Source: the human T2T-CHM13v2.0 reference genome, Homo sapiens. From it: DNA of 64,000 nt. The notes under the pieces were generated by a model. That model saw nothing but the letters and a program-made list of their open reading frames with translations. It was not told where the DNA came from and made no database searches. The stretch is from the NCBI RefSeq assembly GCF_009914755.1, contig NC_060937.1, one strand, 5' to 3'. The position numbers were made by a program, and so were the translations under genes. This document shows positions 17,985 through 30,521 of the stretch, piece after piece; the first letter of the stretch is position 1; each line of letters opens with the position of its first letter.

Positions 17985-19068
17985 TGTTTTCCAGATAGTG
18001 GATAGGAAGCAGTGTTAGCATGCCTCTCCCACTTGGAAGGACAGAATAGTGGGTAGAGATTCACACTGTGAATTTTTTTTCCCCCAAGAACACTACACGA
18101 AGTTACAGAAAAATATTTATTCAAAAAAGAAACATTAACTGGCTAGTAAACACAGAAAAATCTTCCATAAACAAATCAAGAGGACAAAAACAACCCCATT
18201 ACAGAGTGAGCAAAGGAATGGGCACTTCTAAGAAGACATACAAGCAGCCAACAAACATGAAAAAATGCTCAGTATCACTACTCATCAGAGAGATGCAAAT
18301 CAAAACCACAATGAGATACCATCTCATACCAGTCAGAATTGGTATTATTAAAAAGTCAAAAAAATAACAGATGCTCGCAAGGTTGCAGAGAAAAAGGGAA
18401 TGCCTAAACACAGTGGGAATGAAAATTACTTCAGCCACTGTAAAAAGCAGTTTGGACATTTCTCAGAGAACTAAAAACAGAACTACCATTTGACCCAACA
18501 ACTCCATTGCTGGGTATATATCCAAAGAAAAATAAATCATTCTACCAAAAAAGACACCTGCACTCATGTTTATCACAGTACTATTCACAATGGCAAAGAC
18601 ATGGAATCAACCTAGGTGCCCACCAATGGTGGACTGAATAAAGAAAATGTGACTCATATACACCATGGAATACTACACAATATGTGCAAATTGAAATCAA
18701 TCTACACATTGATTGATAGAATGAGATCATGTCCTTCGCAGCAACATTGGCTCGGCTGGAGGCCATTATTTTAAGTGAATTAACACAAAACCAGAAAATC
18801 AAATGCTGCGTGTTCTCACTTATGTGGGAGCTAAACAATGGATACTCAGGGACACAAATATGGGAGTAGACACTGGGGACTACAAAAGGGGATGGGAAGG
18901 GAGAAAGGGGGGCCACGAGAGTTGAAAAACTACCTATCAGGTACTATGTTTGCTACTTGGAGAACAGAATCATTAGAAGCTCCAGCCTCAGCATCACACA
19001 ATATGCCCATGTAACAAATCTCCACATGTACCCCGGAATCAAAGCTAAAAATAAATAAAGTCATATTG
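17985..19068 (+). mobile_element. L1PA15/16-like element: short 5'-end-like piece plus 3' ~880 bp
   Basis: ORF2 C-terminal motif [13 protein letters not shown]; 3'UTR ctacctatcaggtactatg...catgtacccc. Confidence 0.8.
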
Positions 19069-19126
19069 AAAGAAAAATTTTCCCTATAACTACTTATCAA
19101 ATAAATACAAATAAGAAGCCATCTTT

Positions 19127-19458
19127 GGCCAGGCACAGTGGCTCACGCCTGTAATCTCAGCACTTTGGGAAGCTGAGGCGAGTGGATCACTTGAACTCAG
19201 GAGTGTGACACCAGCCTGGATGACATGGCAAAACCCGTCTCTACAAAAAAATACAAAAATTTGCTGGGTGTGATGGCATGCACCTGCAGTCCCAAGCTGC
19301 CCAGGAGGCTGAGGTGGGAGGATTGCTTGAGCCCAGGAGTTGGGTGCTGTGGTGAGCCGAGATCACACCATTGTACTCCAGCCTCAATGACAGAGCGAGA
19401 CCCCGTCTCAAAAAACAAAACAAAATAAAACAAAACAAAACAAAAAAATTTAAAAAAA
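19127..19458 (+). mobile_element. AluJ-type SINE
   Basis: ggccaggcacagtggctcacgcc...; gattgcttgagcccaggag (J diagnostic); (AAAAC)n tail. Confidence 0.92.
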
Positions 19459-19654
19459 GAAACTCTCTTTGTTTTTAAATTGGCAGAAAGAATTAGGTAT
19501 AACAAAAATCAAGACTTTCAACACTGTGATGTGACAGATCCTCTCAAAAACTATGAAAATTAACAGCCATTTGGAAAGTCATTTGTTAAAAATTATCGGG
19601 AGTCTAAAAATGTTAACAACCCTTATATTCAGTACGTTCTTTTCTTCACTGACT

Positions 19655-20175
<521 letters not shown>

Positions 20176-20978
20176 TAATAAAAAAATAAGATAAGCTACA
20201 CATTCAAAATTATTTATGACTGCATTAATACCAACAGTAGCAAAAAAACAAAACCACCTGAATTTTCAATGTTACTAAATATTTCCATGTAGACAGTTTA
20301 TTATGTATCCATTTGAATTCTTGTTGACACAACATTGTTTAACATTATAAGAAAATAATTTTGATAAAACTGTAAGTGATAATTTCAACCATGTAAAAAT
20401 AAATATAAAAAACCCAGAAAGGAAATACACCTAAACATTAAAATAGGTTTTATGGGTGATTACTTTTTCTTCCTTGTTAGTCTTTGATTTTATGTACTTC
20501 CGATTTTCTATAAGGAACATGTGATAAATAACCAGAAAAAATGTAAAATACTTGGGTGAAAGAAAAACTACAATGAAATGATGATTTGATTAGACAATGA
20601 TTATCTTTTTTCAATTTTTATATTTCCAACAGATAGCATTTTGGGATCCAAAATTATTTCTTGTCATCATGATTATTGCACTTCATATATTACAGTGTTT
20701 TTAGTTTGTGGTTCTAATGATACTTGGGTTTTGAAAATCTTTGGGACAATGAAAATAATCATCCATCCTATAAGGAATAAACAATTATTAAAAGATAGCA
20801 CTTCTGAAAGTTATAGAAGAAGCAACTAAATCAAGAGAAAGTTATCTGCTAGACACACTGAAACAACTGGGGAAAGGGAGTTTGTGAGCCTCTGAAAGAA
20901 TATACACACCCAGAACCGCTTGAGAAGAAACAGCAGGCAAAAGTTAATTTCTCCCAATAGATGTAATAGATCCCAAAC

Positions 20979-21012
<34 letters not shown>

Positions 21013-21116
21013 AAATTTTCCGGTCTGCAGGCTACTGAGTAAAGCCTAAATGCATTCTGACATGGTGTAATATGAAATAAAAATGCTTAATTTAAGAAGT
21101 ATTATTTATTCTTAAC

Positions 21117-21636
21117 GTGGTAGCTAGTCTCCAAGATGGCCCCAACGATCCCCATCTCTGGTATTCATGCCCTGTAAAGCACCTTTCATACTGAATAGAA
21201 GTTATTTGCTCAACAAACAGAAAACACTGTGTGTAACTTTTGAGGCTAGATTATAAATGACATTGTGGCTCAGTCTTTATCTCTTTACCCTTGTTCTGGA
21301 AAAAGGAAGCTGCCACGTTGTGAGGGCACTTAAGTAACACCAAAAACAGGTCTATGTGGCAATGGAATGAAGCACTCTGCTAAAAGCCAGTGAAACACTG
21401 AGGACTCCTGCAGTGGCATGTAAGTGAGTCATCTTAGAAGCTTGTCCTCCTGCTCCAGTGAAGCCTTCGGATCACTGCAACTATAACCAAAATCTTAAAT
21501 ATAGCCTTATAAGAGAATCTAAGATAGAATCACTCAGGTAAATTGCTCCTAAATTCTTGAACCTCAGAAACTGTTAAGATAAATGTTCACTGTTTACCAC
21601 CAAGTGGTAATTTGTTATACAGCAATAAATTTATAC
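21117..21636 (+). mobile_element. MLT1-family (MaLR) LTR
   Basis: Start ...tagtctccaagatggccccaacgatcc; end ggtaatttgttatacagcaataaa. Confidence 0.7.
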
Positions 21637-22266
21637 TTAGCTAATATAAAAACAATTTCATAAAATATTTTGGTTTATGTTTCTTAAGTATTTTTTATCT
21701 AGATAAACTTATATATTAACTTAGAAATACAGACAGTTATGAAAGACTACTTTTATATACAGAAATATATCCTCTTGAAGTATACTGGTTTATAATCAAT
21801 AACAAGAAATTTAATGTTGACTTAAGGCTTAAAATATTCTTCAGTGAGATAAATTTACTTAGTTTTTCTTAAATAATCAGGGAAAGAAAATGCTGCTTAA
21901 TTATGTGACCAAAAATTGCTATTACTAGCTATTGTTGGTAAATAGTGGATTTCGGGTCACTGAAGTGGTGGTAGGGTCTAGAGTTACTTACTTTGTTTAA
22001 TACCCTATTTGTAATCAATATGTGGTATGTGTATGTCTGATCACAAGGACTACCAGAGAATATATGTCACGAGTCATAGAAAACAGGTAGGTTTTTCTTT
22101 TCCTGAGCAAAGTTACCTGTTTTACATGAAGACTAAATCTGAATTCCTTCGTCTACTTAACTGAAACATTAACATGGAGGGGAAAATATTTAATGTATGT
22201 TCTTCATATTGCTTTCCTTAAATTGAAATAAATTAAAATTGTTAGTAAGAATATCTAGGTACTCAC

Positions 22267-22361
22267 CATGTGCTTTAATGCATTAAAAAGAAGTTTTCTC
22301 CCAGAAGGCTTATCAAAATCTGCAATAATCCAGAGAGTGACTGCAGAAATTATACTCTCAT
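22267..22361 (-). CDS. UGGT2: UGGT2 internal coding exon (95 nt, phase 1/0), last in window
   Basis: tttcag|ATGAGA...CACATG|gtgagt; (D)ESIISAVTLWIIADFDKPSGRKLLFNALKHM. Confidence 0.95.
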
Positions 22362-23614
22362 CTGAAAGTTTCAAACAGTTTACTCAAATTAACTTTTTTT
22401 TTAAAAAATAAAACAAAAGCAGGGGAACATGTGCAGTTAACACATTAAAAAAAATTAAAATAATATTTCTGAAAAGCAAAGATTTTTAAAATGTTATGTG
22501 TGAATGTATACATGCAAGTACATATATATACATACAAAAATAAATACATATAAAATTACATATAAAAATGCTACAAGGGTAATTCATTATACAAGCTTAT
22601 ATAAAGCTTCCGGTTAGAAGAGTAACTCATTATATAAGCTTATATAAAACTCCCAGTGTTGGTAAGCAAATCTGCCTTCTAGCTACATTTGTTTAAAAAA
22701 AAAAAATTTATGTCCCAAATATATGTAAAACCGTAACAATCAAGCTTATTAGTAGATATAGAAAACAGCAATATGTAGCCAGACTCCTTTATGAACATAA
22801 AATCATGGAATCTGTTAGACAGTAATCCAGGAGCCATCTGGTAGAAACTCGGATTTAATCTACAGCATTTACAAGAACTGGTTGTGTGGCCTTTGCTTTA
22901 AATCTCTCTCCTATATAAAAGTTTGCCCCTTACAACATAGTTCATTCCATCTGTTTAATGAACTCTCACTGTTAGAAAATTACCACTTCCCTACTGAGAC
23001 CAAAATCAGCCTTCTTTAATCTTTTACTCATTGGCTCTTGTTTTTATTTCTAGAGCAAAGCAGGCCAAACAAAACAAAGCAAAGCAAAACAAAAACCACC
23101 AAATTCGAATTATATTCATCTATCTGAATAGTTAATTGTACCCTAACAAATCTACGGTCCCACTGCAGACTTCTCAGTTTGGCTAAATCCTTTTTCCCAA
23201 GTGTGTTACTATCTTGGTCTCCTCTCTTCTGGTTGTAACCCCTACCTTAAGCAAAATATCTGCATATTATTTAATCAGAATGCAGAAGAATTATTATCTT
23301 CTCTGATCTGGTAATTGTACTTTTCTGTATACATTATAAGATAGTTTACATAGTACTGAAAAGATTTTATTCTTTTCTTAAAAAGGTGAAAATAGTTTGT
23401 TTAAAAAAGGCAAAAATAAGATAAACAAAGTTAGAATAGAAGGCATTGTTTTCTCAGCACACGTTAAATACTAAAAAATTTACAAACTCTAAAATTGAAA
23501 TCTAGGCCTCTACTCAAAAATAGCAACATATTAAAATTTATTATACAACTGCCTTATGAACATTACAAGTTTCTATCACTTTAAGAATTCAGGTAAATAA
23601 AATATGCTTATTAC

Positions 23615-23713
23615 CGTCTTGGGTTAAATAATACATGTTCTTTGCAATTACAGCACTCTTATCTTGTGAATCCAAGAAAAAGAAAGTAGAGAAATCTTCA
23701 ACATCAGCAGTTA
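23615..23713 (-). CDS. UGGT2: UGGT2 internal coding exon (99 nt, phase 1/1), after an 86-nt intron
   Basis: tttcag|TAACTG...AAGACG|gtaata; (V)TADVEDFSTFFFLDSQDKSAVIAKNMYYLTQD. Confidence 0.95.
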
Positions 23714-23799
23714 CTGAAAAATTTCAAATTAAACGTTAAATATAAATAAAGAATTCACAACTCAATAAACATTTGTAGAACAGTATAGGATTATCTTAC

Positions 23800-23923
23800 C
23801 TGATGTAGATATTAAATTGAGGTACTGCTGGTTAGTACGCAAAATCAAAGTATTTATACGGGGTACAACATTATTCCTATCCATTAGAAAATCAATTGCA
23901 TTCGTGCGATCATTTAATGTGCC
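23800..23923 (-). CDS. UGGT2: UGGT2 internal coding exon (124 nt, phase 0/1)
   Basis: ttttag|GGCACA...CATCAG|gtaaga; GTLNDRTNAIDFLMDRNNVVPRINTLILRTNQQYLNLISTS. Confidence 0.95.
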
Positions 23924-24055
23924 CTAAAAAAACAAAAATGTTATTTAGATAATACAGGCAATTTATATCCATGTTTCAAAAAGTATGCAGATAACACAAA
24001 GATTACTTAATCAAAAATAAATAAGCAATTTAGAATTATTACAATACATTTTCTT

Positions 24056-25745
24056 TCTTTTTTTTTTTTTTTTTTATTCTTCAGTTTGGTAAACATTTAA
24101 TGAGCTCTGTCTCAGGTGTTGGCAATTTCACTTCACAACCAGAATCATGGTAGTAACCATTTCTTGAGCACCTATTGTGAGCAGGACAATTCTCATTAAT
24201 TAACTCACTGAATTTTTTTGTTTGTTTGTTTGTTTGCTTTTTTGTTGTTTTTTTAAATTTTTTTAGTATTTATTGATCATTCTTGGGTGTTTCTCGGAGA
24301 GGGGGATTTGGCGGGGTCACAGGACAATAGTGGAGGGAAGGTCAGCAGATAAACTTGTGAACAAAGGTCTCTGGTTTTCCTAGGCAGAGGGCCCTGCCGC
24401 CTTCCGCAGTGTTTGTGTCCCTGGGTACTTGAGATTCGGGAGTGGTGATGACTCTTAACGAACATGCTGCCTTGCAGGGTCTGTTTAACAAAGCACATCT
24501 TGCACCGCCCTTAATCCATTTAACCCTTAGTGGACACAGCACATGTTTCAGAGAGCACGGGGTTGGGGGTAAGGTTATAGATTAACAGCATCCCAAGGCA
24601 GAAGAATTTTTCTTAGTACAGAACAAAATGGAGTCTCCTATGCCCACTTCTTTCTACACAGACACAGTAACAATCTGATCTCTCTTTCTTTTCCCCACAT
24701 TTCCCCCTTTTCTATTCGACAAAACCGCCATCGTCATCATGGCCCGTTCTCAATGAGCTGTTGGGTACACCTCCCAGACGGGGTGGCGGCCGGGCAGAGG
24801 CGCCCCCCACCTCCCGGACGGGGCAGCTGGCCGGGCAGGGGCTGCCCCCTACCTCCTGGACGGGGCGGCTGGCCGGGCAGGGGCTGCCCCCCACCTCCCC
24901 GACGGGACGGCTGGCCTGGCGAGGGCTGCCCCCCACCTCCCGGACGGGGCGGCTGCCGGGCGGAGGGGCTCCTCACTTCCCAGATGGGGCGGCTGCTGGG
25001 CGGAGGGGCTCCTCACTTCTCAGACGGGGCAGCCGGTCAGAGACGCTCCTCACCTCTCAGACGGGGTGGTGGCGGGGCAGAGACACTCCTCAGTTCCCAG
25101 ACGGGGTCGCGGCGGGGCAGAGGTGCTCTTCACAGCCCAGACGGGGCGGCAGGGCAAAGGCGCTCCCCACATCCCAGAAGGTGGGTAGCCGGGCAGAGAC
25201 GCTCCTCACTTCCTAGACGGGATGACGGCCGGGAAGAGGTGTTCCTCACTTCCCAGACTGGGCGGCTGGGCAGAGGGGCTCCTCACATCCCAGATGATGT
25301 GCGGCCAGGCAGAGATGCTCCTCACTTCCTAGACGGGGTGGCGGCCGGGCAGAGGCTGCAATCTCGGCACTTTGGGAGGGCAAGGCAGGCGGCTGGGAGG
25401 TGGAGGTTGTAGTGAGCCGAGATCATGCCACTGCACTCCAGCCTGGGCAACATTGAGCACTAAGTGAGCGAGACTCCATCTGCAATCCCGGCACCTCGGG
25501 AGGCCGGGGCTGGCAGATCACTCGAGGTCAGGAGCTGGAGACCAGCCCGGCCAACACAGCGAAACCCCGTCTCCACCAAAAAATACGAAAACCAGTCAGG
25601 CGTGGCGGCGCGCGCCTGCAATCCCAGGCACTAGGCAGGCTGAGGCAGGAGAATCAGGCAGGGAGGTTGCAGTGAGCCAAGATGGAGGCAGTACAGTCCA
25701 GCCTCGGCTTGGCATCAGAGGGAGATGAGGGAGAGGGGGAGGGAG
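24056..25745 (-). mobile_element. SVA retrotransposon (older A/B-like) with short VNTR, residual hexamer head and a 3' transduction
   Basis: SINE-R 24260-24750, GC-rich VNTR ~24770-25355, Alu-like ~25360-25715, (CCCTCT)-like remnant 25718-25745; TSD AATACATTTTCTT (24043-24055) / AATACATTTCCTT (25746-25758). Confidence 0.95.
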
Positions 25746-27234
25746 AATACATTTCCTTGTAAAAATTACAACTTTTTCCAATTAAGCAATTTTAGATGCA
25801 ATTATGCCTAAGATAAATTTAATTAAATATATTTTTAAAGAATTTCAGCTTTTATTTTAGATTCGAGGGTACACATGCAGATTGGTTACAACACAGGTGT
25901 ATCATGTAATGCTGAAGTTGGGGTTATGACTGATCCCATTACCCAGGTAGTTAGCATAGTACCAGATAGTTTTCCAACCCTTCCCTGACTTTTTCCTTCC
26001 CTCTCCCCTCTAGAAATCCCCAGTGTCTCTTGCTGCCATCTTTATGTCTATGAGTACCGAATGTTTAGCTCCCACTCATAAGAGAGAACATGCAGTGTTT
26101 GGTTTCCTGTTTCTGTGTTAGTTTGCTTGGCCTCCAGCTGAGTCCATGTTGCTCCAAAGGGGACGATTTCATTTTTAATGGGTGCGTAGTATTCCATGGT
26201 GTATATATGCACCACATTTTCTTTAACCAATCCACCACTGATGGACACCTAGGCTGATTCTACATCTTTGCTATTATGAATAGTGCTGCAGTGAACATAC
26301 ATGTGTCTTTTTGGTAGAACGATTTATTTTCCTCTGGAGATGTACCCAGTAATGGGATTGCTGGGTTGAATGGTAGTTCTGTTTTAAGTTCTTTGAAACA
26401 TCTACAAACTGCTTTCCAAAGGGGCTGAACTAATTTACATCCCCACTAACAGTGTATATGCGTTCCCCTTCCTCCTCAGCCTCACCAGCATCTGTTGTTT
26501 GTTCACTTAATAACAGCCATTCTAAATGGTACGAGATGGTGTCTCCTTTTGGTTTTGATTTGCACTTCTCTAAGGATTAGTAGTGTTGAACATTTCTTTA
26601 TATGCTTGTTGGCCGCCTGCGTGTCTTCTTTTGAGAAGTACCTGTTAATGTCATTTGCCTACTTTTTAATGGGGTTATTTATTCTTTGCTTGATTTATTT
26701 GCTACTTATGGATATTAGAATTTTGTCGGATATACAGTTTGTGAATATTTTCTGTATATTCTGTAGGCTGTCTGTTTACTCTGTTGCGAGTTTCTTTTGT
26801 TGTACTCTTTAATTAATTAGGTCCCACTCGTCAAATTTTTGTTTTTGATGCAATTGCTTTTGAGATCTTAGCCATAAATTCTTTCCCAAGACTGATGTCC
26901 AGAACGGTGTTTCCTAGGTTTTCTTCTAGAATTCTTATAGTTTTAAGTCTTATACTTAACTGTTTAATCCATCTTAAGTTTTGAACGTGGTGAAAAGTAG
27001 GGGTCCAGTTTTGTTTGCATATGGCTAGCCAACTATCCTAGGACCATTTATTGAATCGAGGACCCTTTTCCCACTAATTTTCATCAACTTTTCAAAGCTA
27101 AAATGTTTGTAGGTGTGTGGCTTTATTTCTGGGTTCTCTACTCTGTTCCATTAGTCTATGTGTCTATTTTTGTACCAGTACCATGCTGCTCTGGTTACTG
27201 TAGCCTCATAGTGTACTGTGAAGTTGGGTAATAC

Positions 27235-28536
27235 TGTGTCCGGAATTGGTGGGTTCTTGATCACACTGACTTCAAGAATAAAGCTGTGGACCCTCGCGGT
27301 GAGTGTTACAGTTCTTAAAGATGGAGTGTCCAGAGTTTGTTCCTTCTGATGTTCAGATGTGTTCGGGGTTTTCTCCTTCTGGTGGGTTGGTGGTCTCGCT
27401 GGCTTCAGGAGTGAAGGTGCAGACTTTTATGGTGAGTGTTACAGCTCTCAAAGGCAGCACGGACCCAAAGACTGAGCAGCAGAAAGATTTACTGCAAAGA
27501 GCAAAAGAACAAACCTCCCACAGCATGGAAAGGGACCCAAGCGGGTTGCCACGGCTGGCTTGGGCAGCCTGCTTTTATTCCCTTATCTGGCCCCACCCAC
27601 ATCTTGCTGATTGGTCCATTCTACAGAGAGCTGATTGGTCTGTTTTACAGAGAGCTGATTGGTCCGTTTTGACAGGGTGCTGATTGGTGTGTTTACAATC
27701 CCTGAGCTAGCCACAAAAGTTCTCCAAGTCCCCACTAGATGAGCTAGACACAGCACTGATTGGTGCATTTACAAACCTCCAGCTAGACACAGGGTACTGA
27801 TTGGTGTGTTTACAAATCTTGAGCTAGACACAGAGTGCTGATTGGTGTATTCACAATCCCTCAGCTACACATAAAGGTTCTCCAAGTCCCCACTAGACTC
27901 TGGAGCCCAGGGGCTTCACCTAGTGGATCCCACACCTGGGCCGCAGGGGGAGCTGCCCGCCACTCCCGCACCTTGCACCGGCACTCCTCAGCCCTTGAGC
28001 GGTCAATGGGACTGGGCGCCGCGGAGCAGGGGGCAGCACTCGTCGGGGAGGCTCGGGCTGCGCAAGACCCCACGGTGCCGGGGCAGGGTGGGGTGGGGTG
28101 GGGGTGGGGGGGAGGCTCAGGCATGGCGGGCTGCGGGTCCCAAGCCCTGACCCAGGGGGAGGCAGATGAGGCAGCGAGAATTCGAGCACAGTGCTGGCCC
28201 AGCGCACCCTCTGTAGCTGCTGGCCCGGGTGCTACGCCCCTCACTGCCCGGGCCGGCAGCGCCCGCCGGCCTGAGTGCAGGGCCTGCTGAGCCCACGCCC
28301 ACCCGGAACTCGCGCTGGCCCATGAACGTGGCGCGGAGCCCTGGTTCCCGCCCGCGCCTCTCCCTCCACACCTCCCCGCAAGCAGAGGGAGCCGGCTCCG
28401 GCCTCGGACAGCCCAGAGAGGGGCCCCCACAGTGCAGTGGCAGGCTGAAGGGCTCCTCGAGCATGGCCAGAGCGGACGCCGAGGGCAAGGAGGTGCTGAG
28501 AGTGAGCAAGGGCCACCAGCACATTGTCACCTCTCA
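27235..28536 (-). mobile_element. Solo LTR12-family (HERV9) LTR, 1302 bp
   Basis: Minus strand begins TGAGAGGTGACA and ends AATTCCGGACACA; tandem CCAAT (ctgattgg) repeats 27605-27850; CpG-rich U3; 4-bp TSD ATAC/ATAT. Confidence 0.93.
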
Positions 28537-28853
28537 ATATGATGCCTTCAGATTTGTTCTTTTTCTTGGAATTGCCTTGGCTATTTGGGCTCTTTTCTGG
28601 TTCCATATTAATTTTAGAATAGTATTTTCCAATTCTGTGAATAATGACATTGGCAGTTTGATATGAATAGCATTAAATCTGTAGATTGTGTTGGGCAGTA
28701 TGGCCATGTTAACAATATTTAGTCTTCCAATCCGTGAGCATGGAATGTTTACCCATTTGTTTGCATAATATATGATCACTTTCAGCAGTGTTTAGTAATT
28801 ATCCTTGTAGAGATCTTTCATCTCCTTAGTTAGCTGTATTCCTAGGTATTTTA

Positions 28854-28856
<3 letters not shown>

Positions 28857-28892
<36 letters not shown>
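28857..28892. repeat. (TG)n microsatellite
   Basis: Direct reading. Confidence 0.95.
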
Positions 28893-28895
<3 letters not shown>

Positions 28896-30213
28896 GCTAT
28901 TGTAAATGGGACTGCATTCTTGATTTGGCTCTCAGCTTGAATGTTATTGGTCTATAGAAATGCTACTGATTGCTGTGCATTAATTTTGAATCCTGAAACT
29001 TTACTTAAGTAATTTATCAGTTCTAGGAGTTGTCCGGTGGAGTCTTTAGGGTTTTCTAGGTGTAGAATCATATCATCAGTGAAGAGAGATACTGGACTTC
29101 TTTTACTATTTGGATGCCTTTTATTTATTGCTCTTGCCTGATTGCTCTAAGACTTCCAGTACTATGATGAATAGGAATAGTGAGACTGGGCATCCTTTTC
29201 CTGTTCCAGTCCTCAAGGGGAATGTTTCCAGCTTTTCACTGTTCAGTATGATGTTGGTTGTGGGTTTGTCATAGATGGCGTTTATTATTTTGAGGTATGT
29301 TCCTTCAATGCAGTTTGTTGAGGGTTTTTATCATGAAGGGATGTTTGATTTTATTGAATAATTTTTCAGCATCTATCAAAATGATCACATTTTTTGTTTT
29401 AAATTCTGTGTATGTGGTGAATGACATTTACTGATTTGTTAATGTTGAACCAACCTTTCTCAGGAGTGAAGCCTATTTGATTACGGTGAATTAATTTTTT
29501 GATATGCTGCTGGATTCAGTTTGCTAGTATTTTGTTGAGGATTTTTCCATCTATGTTCATCAATGGTACTAGCCTGTAGTTTTTTCATTGCATGTTTGCC
29601 AGGTTTTGGTATCAGGATAACACAGGTTTTGCAGAATGAGTTAGGGAGGCATTAATCACTCCTCCTTGGTTTTTTGGAATAGTTTCAGTAGGATTGGTAA
29701 CAGTTCTTCTTTATACATCTGGCAGAATTCAGTTATGAATCCATCTGGTCCAGGGCTTTTACTGGTTGGTAGGTTTTTTATTACTGATTCAATTATGGAA
29801 CTCAGTATCAGTCTGCTCAGGGTGTCAATTTCTTCCTGATTCAATCTTGGGAGACCAGGAATTTATCCATATCCTCTAGATTTTCCAGTTTGTATGCATA
29901 GAGGTCTTCTGAGGATCTTCTGTATTTCTATGGGATCAGTTGTAATGTCACCTTTGTTGCTTCTGATTGTGCTTATTTAGATCGTTTCTCCTTTTTCTGT
30001 TAATCTAGCTAGTGGTCTATCGATCTTGTCCTTTCCAAGAGCTAACTTTTGGTTTCACTGATTCATTGTATAAATTTTTGGGTCTCAATTTTGTACAATT
30101 CTGCTCTGATTTTAGTTATTTCTTTTCTTCTGCTAGCTTTGAGGTTAGTTCATTCTTGTTTTTCCTAATTCCTCTTGGTGTGATGTTAAGTCATTATTTT
30201 GAGATAGTTCTAA

Positions 30214-30521
<308 letters not shown>

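Noticed and set aside
22584-22652. Short imperfect duplication containing the 18-bp palindrome TTATATAAGCTTATATAA
   Set aside because: Low-complexity AT-rich microduplication; no supporting context for function.
24712-25412. Gly/Pro/Arg-rich ORFs up to 219 aa and regularly spaced repeats (CRISPR-like look)
   Set aside because: SVA VNTR; the units are tandem with no unique spacers, and the ORFs reflect GC richness.
27835-28666. Overlapping long ORFs in a CpG-island-like stretch
   Set aside because: LTR12 U3 sequence; stop-poor because of GC content.
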